A DNA stretch of 63,487 bases, filler included, from Octopus bimaculoides (lineage: Eukaryota): the NCBI RefSeq assembly GCF_001194135.2. It is 5 parts of 5 records of this genome, joined end to end, with 100 filler letters (N's around TTAATTAATTAA, not from the genome) between each part and the next. Parts side by side here need not be neighbours in the genome. Positions count along the whole stretch, not along the records: positions 22,932 to 43,974 come from NC_068988.1; positions 44,075 to 58,267 come from NC_069002.1; 3 more parts are not named here. One strand, given 5' to 3'. How positions within the stretch are numbered: the first letter of the stretch is position 1; each line of letters starts with the position of its first letter. Below are positions 37,502-50,550 of the stretch, one piece after another. A model generated the notes under the pieces. That model searched no databases. It was not told where the DNA came from and saw only the letters and a program-made list of their open reading frames with translations. The position numbers and the translations under genes are program-made.

Positions 37502-38560
37502 NNNNNNNNNNNNNNNNNNNNNNNNNNNNNNNNNNNNNNNNNNNNNNNNNNNNNNNNNNNNNNNNNNNNNNNNNNNNNNNNNNNNNNNNNNNNNNNNNNN
37601 NNNNNNNNNNNNNNNNNNNNNNNNNNNNNNNNNNNNNNNNNNNNNNNNNNNNNNNNNNNNNNNNNNNNNNNNNNNNNNNNNNNNNNNNNNNNNNNNNNNN
37701 NNNNNNNNNNNNNNNNNNNNNNNNNNNNNNNNNNNNNNNNNNNNNNNNNNNNNNNNNNNNNNNNNNNNNNNNNNNNNNNNNNNNNNNNNNNNNNNNNNNN
37801 NNNNNNNNNNNNNNNNNNNNNNNNNNNNNNNNNNNNNNNNNNNNNNNNNNNNNNNNNNNNNNNNNNNNNNNNNNNNNNNNNNNNNNNNNNNNNNNNNNNN
37901 NNNNNNNNNNNNNNNNNNNNNNNNNNNNNNNNNNNNNNNNNNNNNNNNNNNNNNNNNNNNNNNNNNNNNNNNNNNNNNNNNNNNNNNNNNNNNNNNNNNN
38001 NNNNNNNNNNNNNNNNNNNNNNNNNNNNNNNNNNNNNNNNNNNNNNNNNNNNNNNNNNNNNNNNNNNNNNNNNNNNNNNNNNNNNNNNNNNNNNNNNNNN
38101 NNNNNNNNNNNNNNNNNNNNNNNNNNNNNNNNNNNNNNNNNNNNNNNNNNNNNNNNNNNNNNNNNGTAATTTATTATATAAACAATATATGCGTATAAAT
38201 TACGATTAAACCGGATGAAATATGCCACAGGGAATAACATTTTTATGACCGCCCAGCAGTAACTCTATTCAGCTGAATAGACGTCAGTGATTGGTTGAAA
38301 TTACAGAAATACGACAACTTTAACATGGAATAACTTGCGAATTCCTTTTTTTTGTTAAGAAGACTAAGAGTAAAAGATGTTTTATATGACACATTCTACC
38401 AGTGTCCCAAGTTTCAAAGTGTTTCGTTAGTGTTTCGTTAAGAAAATACTGGTGCCCCCGTTTTGAAATAGATCCCAATTGTTTCCACGCAATGTAGTTC
38501 TCGAGGTGTGCAGGTACTTGATTATGCAACTGTTTCCCTGCATATATATGTATGTATGTA

Positions 38561-38593
<33 letters not shown>

Positions 38594-38769
38594 CTGTGTG
38601 AAACAAGAGCGTTGTGGTTCACTTGAAGCATTGTAGTACAGAAGTAAAATAATGAATTAAATATATAAATATAAATATATATATATAAAGGCGACTCGAG
38701 TTTCAAGGCTATTTCCCTTCGTCATGGCCGGTATGACAGACTAATTCTATTATATAAATATATATATGG

Positions 38770-38907
38770 ATGGATCAAAACAGTTTGATTCAAATTCGTT
38801 GGTACTCTGAGTTTCAAAGTGTGATGCTAATCCGCAGCCATTTCCAATGGCTGAGGATTAGCAACACACTTTGAAACACGAGTTTGAATCAAACTGTTTT
38901 GATCCAT
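38770..38907. repeat. 138-bp near-perfect hairpin
   Basis: Outer stem 30 bp (one G-U), 11-nt bulge, inner stem of about 32 bp with two single mismatches, 3-nt loop TCC. Confidence 0.93.
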
Positions 38908-38953
38908 ACATGTGTTGAGTGCTCTTCTTTCGTTTGTCTACTTGCTCGTATTA

Positions 38954-39002
<49 letters not shown>

Positions 39003-39615
39003 TAGATAGACTTAAATACATTGGCACAAGCGCGCACACACACACACACACCTTACATACATCTTGCACTGCAGATAACACCCTTCATCGGCTCTCAACT
39101 GGCGATCACAATTGTTTCGGCACCTGCCGACAGTACTTCTTTTGAGCAGTATAGATGCTGTTAGGTTCTTTTAGACCCAATCTGATGTACGTTTTCCCTC
39201 CCTCACTGTCAAATATGGAGCTACAATACTATAACCAGGTATAGCTGCAACCACTCTGACCAGCAGCAACTATTTTATTTAACTAAGTTACTGAAGATTC
39301 TTTTCCTGCTATCAACTCTTGTCTCTCTCTCATATATATATATATCAACTAAATCCACGATGAAATATCTTCTCTTTTCTCCTCCAGCTTGTGAATCGCA
39401 GCTTTCATCCCCTTTCTACGTCCAGTAGAAAGTATAAAAGAATATATATAGGCGCAGGCGTGCCTGTGCGATATGGAATTTGCTTACAACATATGATTCC
39501 AGGTTCAGTTTCACTTTGGGCAGGTGCCTTGTACTATTGCCCTGGGCAGACTAATGCCCCATGGGTAGGTTTTTTAAACAGAAGCTGAATGAACGAAAAC
39601 CGTCGTGTATCTGTA

Positions 39616-39667
<52 letters not shown>

Positions 39668-40429
39668 ATGGACTCTCCCCTCGGTTTCGACGAATGGTTC
39701 TGCGACAACGTACCCTCTCTTTGTCACTCATAATGCTTATGAAATCCATTCCCCAGCGGAATAGTCAACTTAAGAACATAATATAACGTATGACTAACAA
39801 ATTTTGATTTTATTACCATTACCGATGTAACAATTTATTCTTCGCATTCTGATGATGTTTACTAAAACTAGTAATCGAAAAGATCGTAAATGCTACCGTC
39901 TTCTTTGGTAATTNNNNNNNNNNNNNNNNNNNNNNNNNNNNNNNNNNNNNNNNNNNNNNNNNNNNNNNNNNNNNNNNNNNNNNNNNNNNNNNNNNNNNNN
40001 NNNNNNNNNNNNNNNNNNNNNNNNNNNNNNNNNNNNNNNNNNNNNNNNNNNNNNNNNNNNNNNNNNNNNNNNNNNNNNNNNNNNNNNNNNNNNNNNNNNN
40101 NNNNNNNNNNNNNNNNNNNNNNNNNNNNNNNNNNNNNNNNNNNNNNNNNNNNNNNNNNNNNNNNNNNNNNNNNNNNNNNNNNNNNNNNNNNNNNNNNNNN
40201 NNNNNNNNNNNNNNNNNNNNNNNNNNNNNNNNNNNNNNNNNNNNNNNNNNNNNNNNNNNNNNNNNNNNNNNNNNNNNNNNNNNNNNNNNNNNNNNNNNNN
40301 NNNNNNNNNNNNNNNNNNNNNNNNNNNNNNNNNNNNNNNNNNNTATATATATATATATATTTTTTATGGGAGAATGTACGAAAAAAAAACAACAAACGAG
40401 GACTATATATATATATATATATATATATG

Positions 40430-40491
<62 letters not shown>

Positions 40492-40584
40492 TATCGTATG
40501 TATATCATATGTATATATGTATGTATCAATACATACATACATACATGCATACATGCATACATACATACATGCATTCATGTAGCA

Positions 40585-41135
40585 CATTGCCTAAATACCA
40601 ATCTTAAGAAATTAGGCTTCACAAAACCAGAAAGGAGAATGCTGATTCGAAGATTACAGATCCAATCCATCATTGGATCTGAAAAATTCTGTAAAACTGT
40701 CCAGAATTTTATCATTTATGTATATACGAGCATGTCTATACATTCAACTATATGCATTAGAATACATACACAAAACATACAAATCTGCGCATATGCATAC
40801 AAAAATACCCTGTTGATGTTGAAATTAGGCGGCGAGCTGCAGAAACGTTAGCACGCCGGACGAAATGCTTAGCGGTATTTTGTCTGTCTTTACGTTTTGA
40901 GTTCAACTTCTTCCGCCGAGGTCGACTTTGTCTTTCATCCTTTCGGGGTCGATAAATTAAGTACCAGTTGCGTACTGGGGTCGATCTAATCGACTGGCCC
41001 CCCTCCCCCAAAATTTCGGGTCTTGTGCCTAGAGTACAAAAGGATGTTGTTGAAATTCTAATGAAGGAGCCTTGGATCTTGGTTAGAAAACGGCTCTTTC
41101 TCTTTTGGCAGGAAATCTTGAAATAAAACTGAATA
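40585..41135 (+). mobile_element. 3' end of an RLE-type (restriction-like endonuclease) non-LTR retrotransposon, split by a SINE
   Basis: Encodes LNTNLKKLGFTKPERRMLIRRLQIQSIIGSEKFCKTVQNFII, like RLE-LINE C-termini. The 3' UTR resumes after the SINE at 41043. Confidence 0.7.
40827..41042 (+). mobile_element. SINE family A, full length and CpG-intact, with TSD
   Basis: AGGCGGCGAGCTG...GCCTAGAGTACAAAAG. TGTTGAAATT is repeated at 40817-40826 and 41048-41057. Confidence 0.92.
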
Positions 41136-43380
41136 AAGGCATGCATACATACATACATACATACATACATACATACAAACTTAAATATATACATCGCGAT
41201 AGTATACAAATGATAACAGAATTCTATAGTTAATATGTACACCTGTATCATGGTATATATTGTAAATGCCTTTGTGTGCCCGTGTGTGCGTGTATGCATA
41301 TGTACGTGTGCATATATACATACATACATACACACACACACGGGCACACTCACATACACATGGGTAGACGCGCACGCACACACACACACACACACACATT
41401 CACAAACATACACACACGAGACAGCAAAACGAAATGACACAGAGGGTTTCGGCAGGAGGACGTGACTATAGTGGTGGGCGGGCTTCCTTGTCCAGTCTAA
41501 AGTCTCCCCTTCTCCCCCCCCTGTAGATTACTGTATATGGTGGTGATAGTGATGGTGGTGGTGGTGGTGGTGGTGGTGGTGGTGGCGGTGGTGGTGCCGC
41601 TGCTGATGGGGNNNNNNNNNNNNNNNNNNNNNNNNNNNNNNNNNNNNNNNNNNNNNNNNNNNNNNNNNNNNNNNNNNNNNNNNNNNNNNNNNNNNNNNNN
41701 NNNNNNNNNNNNNNNNNNNNNNNNNNNNNNNNNNNNNNNNNNNNNNNCCTCACCTCTATCTACTACCAATATTAGCACCTACTATCACTACACCACCACC
41801 ACCATCACCACCACCACCACCGCCACCACCGCCGCCACCAACACTAACAATTTAATGCCATCCACTACCACCACCACCACCACCGTCAACAACACCTCTC
41901 CCACTACCATCACGCCCGCCACCACCACTGCTATTTCCAATACTACTACTACTACTACTACTACCACTTGCACCACTACCGCCACCACCACTACTATCAT
42001 TCGCCGACATCACCTTCATCACCACCTCCGCTACTGCCATCTCCTCCACTTCCGCTATCTCCAATACTCTTACTACTACCACTTGCAGCACAACCAACAC
42101 CACCACCACCACCACCACCACCACCACTACAACCACCTCCAATGACCCAGTCTGAGATATATCCCAGCTGTTGTCTGTCATGTAAATCTAATAGTATCAC
42201 GTGACGGTGGTTCCTGACATCACTTGGAACTGAACCCGCCTCCCCTACCTGTAATATTTTCGCTGAGTTTATGCTGTTTTTGTTATTGTTTTTTTTAAAA
42301 TCGTTGTTGCTTGATATGGCTGTTGTTGTTTTCCTTGTTATTGCTCATTGTTGTTGTTGTTGTTAAATCACAGGTTGTTTCTGAAAGTCATGAAAAGCAT
42401 TAAAACCACCATATCTTCCAATATTTTAAAATACAATTTAGCGAGATATACATACAAAAGCATAGAATGTATGTATGTATGTCTGTCTGTATGTATGTAT
42501 GTATGCATGTATGTATGTAATAATACAAAGAATATATATGCATGTATACACACATATATGTACATACTTACATCTACATGTGTATATATATGCATATCGG
42601 GGTACAGGACGTTAGAACAATGAACTACAGACAACGGAACGAACACAGGAAAACGGAAAGCCACTTGGAATATTCCTTCATCAGCTGCCTCTATTCTAAC
42701 CCGACGTTTCGAAGAATGTATACACAAGTAAAATTACTATATATAAAGGCACGAAACTGGATACTAGTATTTTTGGTCGATAATTAAACGAAGAATCACG
42801 GCCCTTCTGTGTCTGTCCTACGTGTACGTTTTGTAGTATTATTTAACGCATTTTTCATTTATTATTTATATANNNNNNNNNNNNNNNNNNNNNNNNNNNN
42901 NNNNNNNNNNNNNNNNNNNNNNNNNNNNNNNNNNNNNNNNNNNNNNNNNNNNNNNNNNNNNNNNNNNNNNNNNNNNNNNNNNNNNNNNNNNNNNNNNNNN
43001 NNNNNNNNNNNNNNNNNNNNNNNNNNNNNNNNNNNNNNNNNNNNNNNNNNNNNNNNNNNNNNNNNNGTGTGTGTGTGTGTACGTACGTGTGTGTGTTTTT
43101 ATGTTTCAGTCATTAGACTGCAGCCATACTGGGACACCTACTTGGAAAATTTTAGTCGAACGAATTAACCTCAGTATTTCTTTTTCTAAGCCCGGTACTT
43201 AATTTTATCGATTTCTTTTACCGATAAGTTACGAGGATGTAAATATAACAACGCCGGTTGTCAAGCTATGGTGGGAGATAAACATAAGCACAAACACACA
43301 AACACATATACATACATACATACATACATACATACGTACATACATATATACATATATACATATATACATACATACATACA

Positions 43381-43570
43381 TTCGCCATGATAGATCGCTG
43401 ACCACTAAACACATTTTTTTCTCTCCTTGTTTCTTTCCGTGTTCCTTTCTGTGGAAGAGCGTTGGCTCGAAACGTTAAAGACTTTCTTAATTCCCGAGCG
43501 TTACACTAATACATCTATTTGTTTTCTACACCACCTGTCTTCGTCTGTTGTGTTTTGTGAATTCTCCCTA
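43381..43570 (+). mobile_element. Second copy of the hammerhead-like-motif repeat seen at 4145-4385
   Basis: CTTT-CTGTGGA-A-GAGC GTTG GCTC-GAAAC-GTT-AAAG at 43445-43480. Confidence 0.6.
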
Positions 43571-43591
43571 TATATATATATATATATATTT

Positions 43592-43628
<37 letters not shown>

Positions 43629-43824
43629 GATGTGTTTCTTTCAGCTTCTGTGAACCAAATCTGCTCACAAGGGTTAGCCTGTCTGACGTGTGACTGAACC
43701 CCGAGCCTGTGGTTGGGGAGTAAACGTTTTACCACACAGCCACGCCTACACACATACGCATATATACAAACACACAAACATACACGCACACATACACACC
43801 TACACACATACATACGTACATACA

Positions 43825-43856
<32 letters not shown>

Positions 43857-43974
43857 CATTGATGAAGAATTACGGTCCTTCTGTGCCAGTCCTACGCATA
43901 CGTTTTGTAGTATTCAATACATTTTTCATTTATTGAGTAATTGAACGCCGCGCATCCCGACTTTTGTTAACAGG

Positions 43975-44074
43975 NNNNNNNNNNNNNNNNNNNNNNNNNN
44001 NNNNNNNNNNNNNNNNNNTTAATTAATTAANNNNNNNNNNNNNNNNNNNNNNNNNNNNNNNNNNNNNNNNNNNN
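43975..44074. other. Synthetic scaffold spacer
   Basis: 44 N + TTAATTAATTAA (44019-44030) + 44 N. Confidence 0.95.
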
Positions 44075-44135
44075 ATATAAAAACACATATATGTACATGT
44101 GCACAGATAAGTGCATTTAAAAAAATGTTGGTATA

Positions 44136-44179
<44 letters not shown>

Positions 44180-44721
44180 TTTATGTAAATATACAAATAG
44201 GATATATGCATAATATGTATACATAGTCTTATATACTTAAGCACACGTAGAGATGCACACATACACACGCACATATTCTATTATTCTTTTACTTGTTCCA
44301 TTCATTAGACTACGGCCTTGCTGGAGCACCGACTTCAGGACTTTTAGTCGATTGAATTGATCAAAGGACTCATCATTTTATGAAGCCTGGTTCTTATTTT
44401 ATGGCACTTTTTTTTTCTGAACTGGTAAGTTATACAGACATAAATGCACCAACACCGGCGGTAGGGGACAAACACAGACACATGCGTGTGTGTGACTATT
44501 TGTGCCCCGTCAGCGCTTCATAACTTCTGTTGGTGTGTTTACGTCCCCTTAACTCAACGGTTTGGCAAAAACTACCGGCGTTGATTCATTCCGCTAAAAT
44601 TCTTCAAAGCGGTGCTCCAGCATGGCCGCTGTCTAATTATTTAAACAAGTAAAAGGTAAAAGATGACGAGAAAGACGGGGGTAAGAGAGGGGAGAGAAAT
44701 GAGTTCGTATGTGCTTGCTTG

Positions 44722-44770
<49 letters not shown>

Positions 44771-45226
44771 CTGCTTTTGTCGTTATTTGGATGTTACCAC
44801 TGCTGTAGTGAAAACAAAGCCTGAGGAATCTCAAGGTACTTGACGGTGATAATGATGATGATGTTGATGAAGATGATGACAACAATGTTGATGATGATGA
44901 CCATGACGGTGGTGGTGTTGGCGGTGTAATATTGATGTGGTTGGTATTTCTGTTGTCGCTGCTGTCATTGATAATCTAAGAATTGCTCTTGTTGTTGTTG
45001 TTGGAAATGGTGGTGGTGGTGGTGGTTAGTGGTTTTGTCAGTTGTAGCGGTCATGGTAGTGTTGGTGTTGGAGCTGGATTTGCAACTGTTTGGCGGCGGG
45101 TGGTGTTTATGCTAATGGCGGGGGTAACGCCAGTGTTCAAAGGTGACATTGATGGTGATGGTGCTGATTGGAAATGGTGGTGGCGGTGGTGAAGGTGATG
45201 GTCGTATTGATAGTGGTGGTGGCATT

Positions 45227-45258
<32 letters not shown>

Positions 45259-46401
45259 TGGTGATGGCGGTTGACGCGCCGTCTTGGGTGTAATCGCAGC
45301 GATTGTAAAAGCGATGTTTTTATTCAGGATGATGCCGGGCAGGGCGCTGATTTGGGTGGCAGCGGTGTTGGTAGTAGTAATGGTATTGGTGGTGCTGGTG
45401 GTGATGGTGGTGGTTGTCGTGGTTGTCGTGGTAGTGCAGGCGCTGCTGCTGCTGGTGTTTGTGGTGGTGTTGTAGGTTGTGGTTATAGTGGTTGTGGTTG
45501 TGGTTGTGGTTATGGTGGTGGTGATGGCAGCGGTGGTGGTGGTGTTTGCTCTGTTACGGTATATCTCGTTCTGCTCCCGACGAGGTTGTGTGCCATTGTA
45601 TTCCTAGTGAAATTTACATGTGTGAGACAAGTGATGACAACCTCCCAAGAGGACAGACAGACAGACACAAAGGCTGACTGAGAGGTAGACAGACAGAGTG
45701 GGGAAGAAGGAGTGGGTGGGATGACTGAGTAGTATTACATGAACACCGGCGAATGAGAAAGTAATATAGAGCATTAACAACAACAACGGAACGAGGAAAA
45801 AGAGAGAAAGGAAACCGAGCCTTTATGAAGTCATTTAGTCTGCTAGAAATAGCAGCCATATCCTCATTTTTAAATCATAACTTATGGTCTTTAAAGAATT
45901 TAAAACAATAACTAAAACAAATGAGCGATAAAGACGCAAGCATACGTGGTTGCTGCAACTCGATTGCCATTAACGCCCTCGCATGGTTGTGCCATGAAAC
46001 AGGAACTGCTTTTCAATCATGCTAGAACTCTGTCCAATTTCTCAAAAAGCTGTGGCAACGATGAGTATCTCTGACAACAGGTCTTTAGAGAGAGAGAGAT
46101 TGCCGATCACATTGACAGGTCTTCATTCTGTGAGGTCAATATTGGTGCCACTGGTAATTGGTAATCAATACAACCGATTGAATGTTCGATCCGTTGGTGA
46201 CTGAGCGGGTAGAGCAATCAAGCCTGTTTCTTAAGGTGGCTGTGTATACGTTTCGTCTTGCAAGGTGTCCACACACACGCACACATGCACACACACACAA
46301 TACAATCACACGCACTCGTGCATATACGCAGATGTTCTGTATAGTATACTGCATAAAATGTTGAGTAAAGATACTTCTTGAACGTAAAAATACCGTATAA
46401 A

Positions 46402-46438
<37 letters not shown>

Positions 46439-46457
46439 TTTATGTTTCACTGACATT

Positions 46458-46502
<45 letters not shown>

Positions 46503-47207
46503 NNNNNNNNNNNNNNNNNNNNNNNNNNNNNNNNNNNNNNNNNNNNNNNNNNNNNNNNNNNNNNNNNNNNNNNNNNNNNNNNNNNNNNNNNNNNNNNNNN
46601 NNNNNNNNNNNNNNNNNNNNNNNNNNNNNNNNNNNNNNNNNNNNNNNNNNNNNNNNNNNNNNNNNNNNNNNNNNNNNNNNNNNNNNNNNNNNNNNNNNNN
46701 NNNNNNNNNNNNNNNNNNNNNNNNNNNNNNNNNNNNNNNNNNNNNNNNNNNNNNNNNNNNNNNNNNNNNNNNNNNNNNNNNNNNNNNNNNNNNNNNNNNN
46801 NNNNNNNNNNNNNNNNNNNNNNNNNNNNNNNNNNNNNNNNNNNNNNNNNNNNNNNNNNNNNNNNNNNNNNNNNNNNNNNNNNNNNNNNNNNNNNNNNNNN
46901 NNNNNNNNNNNNNNNNNNNNNNNNNNNNNNNNNNNNNNNNNNNNNNNNNNNNNNNNNNNNNNNNNNNNNNNNNNNNNNNNNNNNNNNNNNNNNNNNNNNN
47001 NNNNNNNNNNNNNNNNNNNNNNNNNNNNNNNNNNNNNNNNNNNNNNNNNNNNNNNNNNNNNNNNNNNNNNNNNNNNNNNNNNNNNNNNNNNNNNNNNNNN
47101 NNNNNNNNNNNNNNNNNNNNNNNNNNNNNNNNNNNNNNNNNNNNNNNNNNNNNNNNNNNNNNATACATACATACATACATACACACACACATATATGTAC
47201 ATATACA

Positions 47208-47251
<44 letters not shown>

Positions 47252-49658
47252 CATACAGAGAGAGAGCGAGAGAGAGAATATTTAAACATTTCATAGTTTT
47301 ATATCCCTTTTCGTTCCGATCAATCATTTTCATGTATGCGTGTGCACGCCACCACGCGCGAACACATTTATGTATAAGCAAGTGCGTGAGAATATACGTA
47401 TGTACATGTGAATATATAAGTATGTGCAGACATATGTGTATATGTTTGCATGCGTGTTTGTATGCTTGTGTATGTGTGTGTGCATGTAAATGCCCGGAGA
47501 CCCTCGTCCGATCTCTGTATTATTTAAACGCTATTTTGTCGAAACTGGGACATAGGAAGTTATAGGCTTCAATGTGTAAGTTCAAACCCCTCTTGGGACT
47601 TGAACCTACACACTGCAGCCTTAAAATTAATTTTTACTCGGCTTTAATGTATTTACTGCCATATTTAGTTGTCTCAGACAGCGCGAGGCGTAACAATTTT
47701 TCAATAAATACATACATATTGATATACATATTTACACACACACACACACGAGATTATAAACCAACATGTGTAAACATATACCTATACACATAAATATATG
47801 CTTACATATGTATGTGTTAAGATAAATATTTGCCTTTATGTACATATGTCTGAGTGCGTATGTGTGTGCGTTTCTACGTTTGTATATACATGTATGTGTA
47901 TATATGTATGCGTGTGCCTGTTTGCCACTGTCACAGAAAAAAAACCCTATATTGAATGTATATAATTCACATATAATAGACATACAAACACGTACTCACA
48001 TACAGACATGTATAACCATTCACACATGTATATATCTGACGATGCTTTGTCTGTGGATTTCTTATTAAAATACTAACCTTTAACATGTACTCTAATGTAA
48101 ATTTCTGTTTTTCGCTACTAATAGTTTTTTTACATTCCACATCAGATTATACTCAGCTCCACGCCGGTTGTTGATCGGTGAAAGAAACGATCCCTGATGA
48201 GAATTAATAAATACGAAACGTTTCCACAAACTCTCAGCTGCCGAGGGCTTTGTGCGATTTGTACAATATGAGTTTATATAGGCTTACAGAATATAACATA
48301 TATTGCATATATATATATATATAAAGGTATAATGAATCAGATAGATAGAACATATGTATGCATATATTTGCTTCATTATTACGAATTTATTGACATATCT
48401 AGCTTTAGGTTTTCATGTAAAGCATCATTTCATTCTTTTTAGAAATCATAAGCATGACATAGCCTGAAGTATGTAATCAAGCATTTTATGAAGGAGTGCG
48501 TTTCATTATGAATAGAAAATATTTACAGCCAGGAAGAAACTCACGGAATATATGGAAAATAAGACAAAGTAGAAAATGCTAAAATAATTTTATCGTGAAG
48601 AACATTTTAGTGGTTTCAGTCTTTACGACTTTTTCAACTTAGAGTAAGGCATGAAAAACAAATTGTGGAAATATTGAATGAAATATATAAAAAATATTTC
48701 CATAGTTTCCAAATGCAAGGGACATTTTCCTTTTTTGAGTCTCTCTGTCTCTCTTTTTCACTCTTGTTTGATATGAATTCTTGTCTTTGTTTAAGCAGGA
48801 GTAGTAGTAGAGAAAAGAGGCAAATAAGAAGAAGAAGCAGAGGAAGCAGAGGAGGAAGGAGAGGAAGAAGAAAATGCAGGAGTGGTATGATATTTGCAGG
48901 ATGTCGGTAGAATCTTCTTAAATGGTCAAGTGACCAAAAAATGACCTGTTGTGGTTGGAATAGTAGTGATTAAAATTGTTCTGAATAAATTTATGTAAAG
49001 TGACTGTTTTGAAAATATCGTTTTTAATATTTGCGTGTGTGTTATTAGCGGTTCGGCAATAGAGAACGATAGAATAAGTACTAGGCTTACAAAGAATAAG
49101 TCTTGGGGTCGATTTGTTCGACTAAAGGCGGTGCTCCTGCAAAGACATAAAAGAAAAAAAAAGAATGTGTGTGTGTGTATATAGTTACATAAACATATAT
49201 ATAGCGGTTGTATACGTGCGCGATGAAGATTTGTATGTTTACAACTGCCCATAAACGCTAAGACAAATATATATATATATATATATATATAAATATATGT
49301 ATGTATATATGTGTATACATATGTATATATATATATGTCAGTATATATATGTATGTTTGTGTGTATATATATATAAAGAGAGAGAAAGATTTGTATGTAT
49401 GTGTGGGTGGGTGGGTGTATAAATGCTTATAAAGTATGTATGCATGTATGCACGTAATTGCTGCCCCCAGTGCAGCGATCTTCCTCTCAAGTGTACTCAC
49501 GACATCTCTATGTTACTGAAATAAGTCTACAGAGACGCAATTCGCCCTCACTGGGACAGACAGGGCCGTCTCGCTGCAGCTCTGCACTTTGATTCACCAC
49601 GATCAATCTCTATGTCGGTGAACGAGTGTATGCGTTTGCGTGTGTAAATGTTTCTAGT

Positions 49659-49703
<45 letters not shown>

Positions 49704-49855
49704 GCGTGCGTGGGTTATAGGTCTGCTTATGTTTAGGAGTATCAAGGCTCGTTATAAGTGCGTTGGTTTCGTAGCTATACGTTTATATACGCTTATTTAT
49801 ATGTATCTGTAGACTCACTTTTATATTCACACACACATATGTGTATGTATGTATG

Positions 49856-49944
<89 letters not shown>

Positions 49945-50503
49945 GTATGTCTATTCTATATGTTTCGTTTGTTATTAGTGGGAGGTACAACCGTGTATTA
50001 CCGCTTCGGGATAGGCGTTGAATGACGCGAACATTGGTCAGAAATCTATATTAGAGAGTTTGCTATAAAACCTTTCTTTTCTTCATGAACTTTCGATATC
50101 AGGAAAATTCCGAGAAAGTACTAAGTACAAGACTCCACTACAAAACACACGCACACACACACATACATGCATACATACATACATTGAAACTATAAAAATC
50201 TGTAAGACCTTAAGAGTTATCGGATGTTGGCTAAAAACAAGATACCATCGTTCACAACCTTGGTGTCATGCAGGTGGCCGGTCAAAATTTACGCTAAAAA
50301 GAGAAGAATCTATGTATATATGTGTATGCGTGTGTGTCTTTTATGATATGATATTAATGAGGGTAGAAATTGATATTAATCAATTAAAACCAGTGGTCTA
50401 GCATATTAAAAAAATCCGAATATTAAAATTTTTTTTTTTCGTGGTTAGATGATTCTATTTCTAGCATATAGGAGTCCACTTTTGCTGGTCATATTTTTGT
50501 ATG

Positions 50504-50550
<47 letters not shown>

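Noticed and set aside
42670-42715. Minus-strand GAAACGTC...CTGATGAAGG as a type II hammerhead (related sequence at 26950-26990)
   Set aside because: The intervening sequence cannot form stem I and stem II pairing is poor.
44880-45681. Gly/Cys-rich ORF at 45271-45681 and the Pro-rich opposite strand
   Set aside because: This is a degenerate (GGT)n tract with stops in the alternative frames and no splice or domain support.
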